Positions 38,071-45,335 of a DNA stretch of 64,000 bases are shown one piece after another. The notes beneath the pieces are model-generated. The model saw only the letters and a list, made by a program, of their open reading frames with translations. It had not been told where the DNA came from and made no database searches. The translations under genes were made by a program, and so were the position numbers. The stretch is from a virus. Lineage: Duplodnaviria; Caudoviricetes. The stretch spans positions 17,314-81,313 of the IMG/VR virus record IMGVR_UViG_3300020048_000088; one strand, given 5' to 3'. Positions within the stretch are counted from its first letter, which is position 1, and each line of letters begins with the position of its first letter.

Positions 38071-38585
38071 CAGTGGCGGGAACCCGCTGCGGTACTCGGA
38101 CTCATCCACCCCGTACCGGTACCCCACCCACCGGTAAGCCCCGTTGGGCTGCCTCCCACACTTGTAGAAAAACCCGATTGGGTCTTCCACCAGCGACAGG
38201 GCTGCGTGCCTTGCGAACTCCGGGTTGGCATAGGCAAGGTCGATCACCTCCTTGGCTGTCAGGCGAACGCTGTCGGGATGCGCCACGAGCTGGGCTTCCC
38301 AAAGGTCGACCCGAGCGCGCTCAATTTGCTCCTCCGCGAGGGCGAGGTTGACGATGTTGGGGTTCATTTCGCCCCCTCCAGCAAGTCGCGCAGGCACAAG
38401 TTCACCCCTGACCAGATTTCGTGACCCTCCGGCGTGCGGAACCACTCGAACATGCCGATGATCAGATGGTCTTCGGGCTTGCGCTCCAGACGCGCCAACT
38501 CACAGATGTCAGCACGCTGCGCTGCGATCACAGCGATTTCCCGGGGCACGCCCAGCTCGACAAGGCGCTCGATGTATTTGAGTTT

Positions 38586-38675
38586 CATTTGGACTCCAAA
38601 ACCGATATAGAAAATCCTATATCGGGCAGCTTTCGCTTCGGATTACCCAGCACGCTGGGCAATGTGAAACGGAAT
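38586..38675 (-). repeat. Structured intergenic element, copy B
   Basis: Shares CGAAGCGAAAGCT..CCGATATAGG(C/A)TTTTCTATATCGGTTTTGGAGTCCAAA with copy A. Confidence 0.8.
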
Positions 38676-39194
38676 CAGGCGAGCAGGGCGGCCACCACGA
38701 GAATCTCCACGAGCAGCATCAGGGCGCCGGCAGCCCAGAACTTGACACGCGCGGCAGCGCTCCCCACCCTGCGGGAGGCAAGCGGGACGTTGAGTCCCGA
38801 CGTCATGTTGGGCGTCCAAGGTGTGTCAAGCTTGCGCATAGCGAAGGGCACATCGTGCCACATCCAGGTTTCGTTGTAACGGTCTTGTTTGCCCCATCCC
38901 CAATGATCTGTTGGCCACATATTGAACTCCAGTTAGGCACGGATGCCGTGTTTGTCGAACCAGTTGTGAACGTGGCGGGAATACTCGCCACGCTCCGAGA
39001 GCAGGGTGCCGATGGAACCCTTGAGGAGGCTCTCGTAGTCCTCCTCGGGTGCGTCCCGGTCAGCGATCGTCTGGGTGGCGTTGTTGTCGCCACTCATGAT
39101 CAGGGACTCAATCGCATTGCGATGCGAGAAGCCGCGGATTGCCTTGGCGGACGCCAGCAGCATGACGTATTTGGAGTCGTTGATCATTTCAGCC

Positions 39195-39635
39195 TCACTC
39201 CGCCCAGGTGCGAATCGTGTCGACGATGGTGCGAGAGGTATCGCAGTCCAGCCGGTACTGGTCGGCGAAGAACCGGTGAATCTGAACGACTGAGATGCTG
39301 AACTCATCGGAGTCACGAGCCAGTCGGAACTCAGCAGCCGTGACCTGCAGCTCTACCTCCCGCTGGGGGAAGCTCACGATCACGCAGCGGTCGTCGTCTT
39401 CTGACACCGGGCAGCGAACACCCGTGAGAATCGTGTCAACCACACGCATGGCCTCGAACAGGCCGACGCCGTGCTGCTCACGGATGAACTTGATACTGGA
39501 GACGCGCTGTCCGTCAGCCTTGCTGCATCGGCTGATCAAGGTGTGCTCGGCATTTGTGATTTGCAGGGTACCCACGGTGCTCGGGTACGACACAACGTAG
39601 GTGCTGGCGTCAGAGTTGGGGGAAACTGAGGGCAT
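39195..39635 (-). CDS. Protein with tandem ribosomal protein bL12 (L7/L12) C-terminal-like modules
   Basis: RVSSIKFIREQHGVGLFEAMRVVD resembles bL12 CTD; a degenerate second repeat follows. Confidence 0.5.
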   Translation of the reverse strand: MPSVSPNSDASTYVVSYPSTVGTLQITNAEHTLISRCSKADGQRVSSIKFIREQHGVGLFEAMRVVDTILTGVRCPVSEDDDRCVIVSFPQREVELQVTAAEFRLARDSDEFSISVVQIHRFFADQYRLDCDTSRTIVDTIRTWAE

Positions 39636-39730
39636 GATTGGACTCCAAAATGTGTGCAAAACCGCACAATCAAGCGTCCTAAAAGCAGGGCGCTTGAGTG
39701 TGGGCCCCCCGCAGGGTGCCACTTTGAGTT

Positions 39731-40033
39731 TCAACTCCCCTTTGGGATTCGGCGCACGAACACACCGACGTACTCGCACCCATGCTGGGCGGTGTACAGC
39801 CACTCGTCCATCTGGCTCTCCGTCAAGTCGGTGTCGACGTGGATTTGAGAATAGCTCTCATCTTCGTGGTATGGGCCACCGTCCCGCACAGCTTGTGTGG
39901 TGAACTGCCAGCGCAATTTGTGGCGCAGCTTGGCAGCGTCTTTCGTTTTCACGTCGATGCCCAGGTGGTGAATTTGTGGAGCTGTGCAAGGCTCCGAAGT
40001 CGGCACGGGGTTGGGGTGGGTACCAGATTTCAT
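39731..40033 (-). CDS. Hypothetical protein
   Basis: ATG 40033 behind hairpin + TTTTGGAG leader. Confidence 0.6.
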   Translation of the reverse strand: MKSGTHPNPVPTSEPCTAPQIHHLGIDVKTKDAAKLRHKLRWQFTTQAVRDGGPYHEDESYSQIHVDTDLTESQMDEWLYTAQHGCEYVGVFVRRIPKGS

Positions 40034-40158
40034 ATCGAACTCCAAAATTAGCCTCAAAACAGAGGCGGCCTCAGTGTATGTGCGCTGGCACACGGTTTAA
40101 GTAATCCCCCCCCCATTTGGGGGGGGCTAGGGGTCTCTATTTTTGTTTATGCTTCGCG

Positions 40159-40176
40159 GGTTGACCTAGGTCAACC
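40159..40176. repeat. Perfect 18-bp palindrome GGTTGACCTAGGTCAACC plus a partial repeat at 40182-40193
   Basis: Read directly from sequence. Confidence 0.85.
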
Positions 40177-40189
40177 TGAAAGGGTTGAC

Positions 40190-40939
40190 CTAGACCAGGG
40201 TTTTCAGGTCGAAATCCCGCGCAATTCGCTCGTACCGCTTGAATCGACGGGTCTCATACTGCCTCGAATTCAGCGCCGACTTGGTTTCTTTAACCAGCCG
40301 CTGGTACTCAACGACTGTTTCGGGGTCATCTGGGCCACTCACGGCAAGGGCCGCCCGGGTATCTAAGCGCAGTTGAACCACGCGCCGCCCAGCTATCTCG
40401 ACAATGTCCTGCTGCCTCTCCACCAGCGTCCACGGCTCTTCCTCAAGCAGGCGCTTTTGCTCCCTCAGGTAAGGGTCCCGGTTCGCCTTTCGGTCTGCGA
40501 TCTCAGCTTTCCTTTGAGCCCACAGGTAAGCGCGCTCCTGCCTCGCTGCAGCGTCATCGAGACGTTTGGCTCTGGTAGCTACCCGCTGGGCACGGGCGGC
40601 CCGCCTTGCCTCGATTTGAGCCAGGCGTGAGGCTCTGGCCTCGCGCTTTGCCTCACGCAGGGCTTCGAGTTCGACTTTCGCTTGGGCTCGGGATTCGCGT
40701 TTGGCTTCGAGTTCGACTTTCGCTTTGGCTCGGGATTCGCGTTTGGCTTTGGCTTGGGCTTGTGCCTGGGCTCTGGCCAATCGATCAGATCGTCTTGCAG
40801 CCCTCGCCACGACAAGGCTCAGTTGAGCGTTGGCCTTGGCGTTGGTGGGGTCGACTGTGAGGACTGCCGCCAGTCGGGCAAGCCTTTTCAGTTCGGTTGC
40901 CGGTGGCGGTTTTGGGGTCTTGAGGGGGCGCCCCATCAT
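40190..40939 (-). CDS. Basic Arg/Ala-rich coiled-coil protein with a 14-aa tandem duplication
   Basis: 249 aa; 42-bp unit twice at 40661-40744. Confidence 0.6.
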   Translation of the reverse strand: MMGRPLKTPKPPPATELKRLARLAAVLTVDPTNAKANAQLSLVVARAARRSDRLARAQAQAQAKAKRESRAKAKVELEAKRESRAQAKVELEALREAKREARASRLAQIEARRAARAQRVATRAKRLDDAAARQERAYLWAQRKAEIADRKANRDPYLREQKRLLEEEPWTLVERQQDIVEIAGRRVVQLRLDTRAALAVSGPDDPETVVEYQRLVKETKSALNSRQYETRRFKRYERIARDFDLKTLV

Positions 40940-41289
40940 TCATTGCGCCGGCGTTGGGCATCCCGGTCGACTTCGCGATGGCGCTCAGCCTTGGCCTCAG
41001 TCGCCGCGATCTGGGCATTGAGGGCAAGCTCTGCACCTGCTAGGGACGAGCGGCATCGAACCTGCTTCACAATCCGGCGCCCATGCTGCTCGAACGCGGT
41101 TCTGGCCTCGGTCAGCTTGGCAACAAGCAGTCCGTACTCAGGCTCGGGGCAAACCCTGATTCGGGACTGTGCCTCAAGCATTGCTTTGTACAGGGCGTCG
41201 TGATTGGCCTCGAAATCGGGTTCGGCGGCTATCTGCAAGGCCCGGATTTCGCGGGCCTCATCGCTCTGAGGTAGTCGTTGTGCGCTCAT
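40936..41289 (-). CDS. Hypothetical helical protein
   Basis: 117 aa, ATGA overlap with the downstream ORF. Confidence 0.55.
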   Translation of the reverse strand: MSAQRLPQSDEAREIRALQIAAEPDFEANHDALYKAMLEAQSRIRVCPEPEYGLLVAKLTEARTAFEQHGRRIVKQVRCRSSLAGAELALNAQIAATEAKAERHREVDRDAQRRRNE

Positions 41290-41776
41290 ATTGAGTCTTC
41301 TCCAATGAAAATGCCTAAGTCGAACCCCTCAAGCGCTCTTGCAAGCGCAGGTTGGCAGACGCTTCACTCAGCGCAGGGGTTCGGCTTAGGCACAGTGAAA
41401 GTCCCTGCCAAGGGACGGAAATCCAAAGATAGCACTATTCCGAATTGGATTCGGAATCGCTGAGGCAAGTGAGTCTCAAGGGTAGGCCCAAAAATGCAAA
41501 TGCACCTAAGTAAGAAAAGGATAGTTATATTTAAATAATTAACTATTCTTACCTTATTGGGTTTCTCTAGCATCACTTTGGGGGAGGGGGGGTGTAGAGG
41601 TGCTTCTGCACTGATTTGAAGAAATCCTTGAAATCCTCAGGATTCCTACTGAAACTCAAAGTGAATTCCAAAATCACCTCTACAGGAGGGGTGGTATAAA
41701 TCGCACTAGAGAACCTTGATTTGCCCCTAAACCTCAAAAACGCCCTAAAAAGTGCCCTTTTCGCCCAAAAGTGCAA

Positions 41777-42025
41777 TCACGCCTTGAAGACTTGCGCAAA
41801 ATTGCGTTTTGCACGGTACTCGGCCCGTCCAAGGCTTGGTTCGGGAGCTGGTTCGACTGTGAAGTCAGACAGGCATTCGTACGTGCTGAGGTCGATCACG
41901 CGGCCTGACTTGCGACGGGCTGCCCGGTCGGCGGTGTACAGGTTCTTGGTGGGCGCGCCAGATCGGGTGAATGTGCGGTTGCCATAGTCGTCAGCGACTG
42001 GCTCCATGACTGCGTAGAGACTCAT
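41777..42025 (-). CDS. Hypothetical protein
   Basis: ATG 42025 behind hairpin + TTTGGAG leader. Confidence 0.6.
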   Translation of the reverse strand: MSLYAVMEPVADDYGNRTFTRSGAPTKNLYTADRAARRKSGRVIDLSTYECLSDFTVEPAPEPSLGRAEYRAKRNFAQVFKA

Positions 42026-42093
42026 CTCGTACTCCAAATTCACTGCGAAATTGCAGTCCGAATCCCACTTGAGAATGGGATTCAGACTCGAAT

Positions 42094-42282
42094 TTAGCGG
42101 TCGAACTCGTCTGCCAAGGTGGCGGCGGCGTAGCCCAGAGCGGTCAGAAGTCCCACACCGATGGCGCTGAGGGCGGGGTGCAAACCCTGACCCGAGCCGT
42201 AGACGTAGTCAATGCCGAGCCAGGCCATTGGAAACATGCCCAAGAGGGCAACGAGGGCAGTTGCCCACATAAGTATTTTCAT
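42094..42282 (-). CDS. Small two-TM membrane protein
   Basis: 62 aa; two hydrophobic helices; leader cassette upstream. Confidence 0.65.
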   Translation of the reverse strand: MKILMWATALVALLGMFPMAWLGIDYVYGSGQGLHPALSAIGVGLLTALGYAAATLADEFDR

Positions 42283-42429
42283 TTTGAACTCCGAATTGAT
42301 CCCAGATTGGGATCGGGTTTGTGCTTAAAATTTAAGCAAAAATTTCAAATTAGGGCCGTTTTTGGGAAACTTTTCAGTATTATGTTAAGTTAAATATCGA
42401 ATCAGCCCTGGCCCCAACAAGGTCGGCGC

Positions 42430-42957
42430 TTAGGTCATGGCCAACTTTTCAACCCCAACAACGACAGCGAACTCGCCATGGTTCTCGACTGCGAACCGGT
42501 TGTAGGCATCCCCAGCGTCCTTGATTGAGTCGAAAAACCCAATGTGAACCGTAACGTTGTTGAGGCTGGCACTGGCCCGCCATTTACCATGGGCGGGGGA
42601 CCAGAAAACACCCTTGACACCGGACTTACTCCTGCGTGAAACACCTTGGTTACGGCGGTTCTCCTGCCTTGTGGCCTCAACAAGGTTAAGCAAAGCGTTG
42701 TTGGACTTGATTCTGTCCTTGTGATCGAGTTCCAGTTTCGGCCACACGCCATGAACGTAGAACCAGGCCAACCTGTGCGCTTTGTATTTGACTCTGCCAA
42801 TGTTTATCACGACGTACCCTTTCGGGTCAGTGAAGCCAGCCACATCTCCAGCTTTAACTCGGTAACTGCGTGGAGCAATCCACGTGAAAACTCCGCTGGT
42901 TTCGTTGTAATGCAGGAGTTGCTTTAGCAACTCGTTTGTAAGCTCATATCTGGTCAT
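42430..42957 (-). CDS. HNH homing endonuclease with AP2 domain
   Basis: YKAHRLAWFYVHG..LDHKDRIKSNN..NL (HNH_3 type); SGVKGVFW..GKWRA (AP2). Confidence 0.92.
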   Translation of the reverse strand: MTRYELTNELLKQLLHYNETSGVFTWIAPRSYRVKAGDVAGFTDPKGYVVINIGRVKYKAHRLAWFYVHGVWPKLELDHKDRIKSNNALLNLVEATRQENRRNQGVSRRSKSGVKGVFWSPAHGKWRASASLNNVTVHIGFFDSIKDAGDAYNRFAVENHGEFAVVVGVEKLAMT

Positions 42958-42983
42958 TTTTGACTCTCCTTATGGGTGCAATT

Positions 42984-43050
42984 CACCCCCAATACTGACA
43001 GGGTCTAATGTCCGTGGTCAATCGCCAGGGAGCTATCAGTATTGGGGGTG
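42984..43050. repeat. 15-bp perfect inverted repeat
   Basis: CACCCCCAATACTGA (42984-42998) / TCAGTATTGGGGGTG (43036-43050). Confidence 0.85.
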
Positions 43051-43700
43051 GCCCGCTTGCGCAGGCCGGTGCTGGTTACGTCGATCCAGCTTCATGTCGA
43101 ACGTGGTGTCCGAATGGTTACGGACTTGACAATGAATTGCTCGGGCAATCGAACCCGCCAACATTCAGGACGTGGTCTATCCTGCTGCGATCCTTGAAGC
43201 AGCTATCACCCCCAACATTGACGTTGTTGGGGCTTACGTGGTGCGATAACGGGCGCACCCCCGACAAGTTATTGAGCCGCTTACCCGAACGATTTACCAG
43301 CGTCCCCACTGTGCACACAGACCTATGGCAGGTTACGACCAGCTGTGGAGGGAAGGGGGATAGATATGGAACGTGATTGCTCACGGGCATCCTTGCGGAT
43401 GCTTTAGTTGTCGTTGGGATAGTAGACACTCGCCAGCCCCGGCAGTTAGCCGGAACGGGGGTCTCGAACTTGTACGATTGGCCACCCAGCACGCGGAATC
43501 CCGGCGTACTCAATGGCCCCGTTTTGGCAAAATGCTATAGGAACACCCCACTCACGGCGGTGTTTATGGCGCACTGTGCCAAATACGGTTACACCCAAGC
43601 CGCCAGGCGCGATCACCGTGATTAGACGGAGTTATGGCGTGAGGCTTGAGTGAGAATTTAAATTGTGGAATTGACTACCGCCCCAAAAACGGTTACGCCG

Positions 43701-43920
43701 CCGCGCCGACTATCGGCGGGGCGCTTATGCGTGAAACCCGCGCCGACTATCGGCGGGGGTTACAGTTGCGGGGGTTTCGTTGCCGCGCCGACAGTGTATC
43801 GGCGGCGGGTAAAATGCCGCGCCGCGCCGCCAGTGTATCGGCGGGGGCGGCGGCAAAATCAAAGCGGATAAATGAAATTTCAAGGGATAGCGCGAAACCC
43901 GCACCGACTATCGGCGGGGG
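43701..43920. repeat. Array of five palindromic units CCGC(G/A)CCG(A/C)C-TA/AGTGTA-TCGGCGG
   Basis: Copies at 43701, 43738, 43783, 43822, 43899. Confidence 0.85.
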
Positions 43921-44005
43921 TTTTAGCGTATCCGTTGCCCCATGTAATCACGGGGCGGCGGCGGCTTTTGCGGCGGCGGCGGGGGCGGCCATGTTGCAGC
44001 AAAGC

Positions 44006-44043
44006 GGCGGCATTTATAAGGGTTATCCCTTATAAATGCCGCC
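44006..44043. repeat. 17-bp perfect inverted repeat with 4-nt loop
   Basis: GGCGGCATTTATAAGGG-TTAT-CCCTTATAAATGCCGCC. Confidence 0.9.
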
Positions 44044-44069
44044 CCATAACGGGGCGGCGGGGGCGGGGG

Positions 44070-45044
44070 TTAAACCGTTGCGGCGGCTTTTGCGGCGGCT
44101 TTTGCTTTTGCCGCTTTGCTTATCACGTTACGGGCGGCGGCTTTTGCTTCGGCGGCATATGCGGCGGCTTCGGTATCGGTAACCGTTGCGGCGGCTTCGG
44201 TACGGGCGGCGGCGGCTTCGGCGGCTTCGGCTTCGGCTTTTGCTTTATCGGTTACCCGTTGCCCTTGCATAATGGCGGCGGCGGCAATGACCCCCGCCAC
44301 AATAGCGGGGTTACGCTCAAAAGCGGCGGCAAGCATATCTGCAACGGCGGCGGCGGCTTCGGCGGGGGCGGGGGCGGCGGCGGCTACTTCGGCGGCGGCT
44401 TTTGCAAGGGCGGCAACGGCGGCGGCAACGGGGGATAACCCGCCCGTTGCGGCTTCGGCGGCTTCGGCTTCGCTGGCGGGGGCGGCTTCGGCGGCTTCGG
44501 CTTCGGCTTTTGCGGCTTTTGCTTCGGCGGCTTTTGCCTTACGCTCAAGGGCGGCGGCTTCGGCGGCGGCGGCTTCGGTAACCGTTGCAACGGCGGCGGC
44601 TTCGCAAAATGCCGCAATGGCGGCGGCTTCGGCGGCGGCGGCTTCGGTTTTGCCGCCCCGCTTTGCGATACCCTTACGAGTATCCGATACCCGCCCCGCA
44701 TAGTATGCAAGGGCGGGGGCGGCGGCAATGGCGGCGGCAAAAGCGGCGGCAACGATACGGGCGGCGGCGGCTTGTTTCCCCGTTGCAGGGAAACCATGTA
44801 CGGCGGCGGCGGCTATTTCAAGCGGCGGCATATTGCCGCTTTCAATGGCAAGATATACCCCGCGCCCCGTTGCAAGGGCGGCGGCTTCGGTACGGGCGGC
44901 GGCATTACCCGCCATTGTCTCAAGGGCGGCGGCAATGAAGCGTTTAGGGGCGGCTTCGGTACGGGCGGCGGCTTTTGCGGCTTCGGCGGCGGCAATGGCG
45001 GCGGGGGTTGCAAGGGCAACGGCGGGGGCGGCGGGGGTTTTCAT
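44070..45044 (-). CDS. Extremely Ala-rich (about half Ala) helical protein of unknown function
   Basis: 324 aa from ATG 45044 with AGGAAA SD; recurring AAARTEAA and ATVT motifs; distinct codon usage. Confidence 0.65.
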   Translation of the reverse strand: MKTPAAPAVALATPAAIAAAEAAKAAARTEAAPKRFIAAALETMAGNAAARTEAAALATGRGVYLAIESGNMPPLEIAAAAVHGFPATGKQAAAARIVAAAFAAAIAAAPALAYYAGRVSDTRKGIAKRGGKTEAAAAEAAAIAAFCEAAAVATVTEAAAAEAAALERKAKAAEAKAAKAEAEAAEAAPASEAEAAEAATGGLSPVAAAVAALAKAAAEVAAAAPAPAEAAAAVADMLAAAFERNPAIVAGVIAAAAIMQGQRVTDKAKAEAEAAEAAAARTEAAATVTDTEAAAYAAEAKAAARNVISKAAKAKAAAKAAATV

Positions 45045-45326
45045 GGCAGTGTTTCCTATATGTTCTATCACCTACGCAAAACGCGCACCCATAACGCGAG
45101 AAGCCGCGCAAAGGGGGGAAGGGGAAATTTTGAACATAAGATAATGTAGCATAGTTATTTAATGAACTATTGCGTTAGATCAACAAAATAAAAGTTATTT
45201 AACTTTATTTTATGTCAAAACTATGTTAGTAAAATTGACGTATACCCATTTTCCGAAGGAATTTTTTGACCTGGGTTCCAGGTAGCCCCAAACAAAATTC
45301 AAATTTTCAAAACTTTTCTATCACTG

Positions 45327-45335
45327 TGTTATACT
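45327..45335 (+). promoter_or_regulatory. Extended -10 promoter TGnTATACT, probably yielding a leaderless mRNA
   Basis: TGTTATACT followed by 6 nt then ATG 45342; AT-rich upstream. Confidence 0.6.

Larger units (their letters stand above)
32021..39187 (-). other. Cluster of small early hypothetical ORFs
   Basis: ORFs 32021-32428, 32443-32601, 32598-32771, 32768-32962, 32959-33189, 33186-33692, 33689-33934, 33994-34239, 34236-34451, 34448-34675, 34672-35034, 35031-35186, 36309-36476, 36843-36983, 36985-37251, 37253-37450, 37447-37743, 38068-38367, 38364-38588, 38675-38920, 38933-39187. Confidence 0.6.
21413..42321 (-). promoter_or_regulatory. Dispersed repeated leader cassette: (TAACCC)-short hairpin-TTTGGAGT(T/C)CA-N2-3-ATG, about 15 copies
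   Basis: Copies start at (plus coordinates) 21413, 22864, 24056, 26327, 30073, 31261, 33932, 35184, 37978, 38586, 38918, 39633, 40031, 42023, 42280. Confidence 0.8.

Noticed and set aside
43000-43500. tRNA-like TTCGA motifs (GGGTTCGATTGCCC, AAGTTCGAGAC) and a tmRNA-tag-like AACGACAACTAA on the minus strand
   Set aside because: I could not fold a cloverleaf with acceptor and anticodon arms; the tag-like frame stops at once and tRNA-like ends are missing. tRNAscan/ARAGORN would settle it.
42960-43640. Group I intron or RNase P RNA upstream of the HNH gene
   Set aside because: No recognisable P7/R/S elements, no interrupted host gene, and no GAGGAAAGUCC signature.
43701-43920. Mini CRISPR array
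   Set aside because: Spacers are irregular and often under 20 nt, repeats vary in loop length, and no cas genes are in the window.
44006-44043. Protelomerase (tel) site
   Set aside because: Shorter than N15-type telRL palindromes and no protelomerase gene in the window.
44116-45144. Plus-strand Ala-rich ORFs (44116-44703, 44728-45144) and Pro/Gly-rich frames
   Set aside because: Mirror frames of GCC-rich codons; the minus frame is longer, continuous and has an SD.
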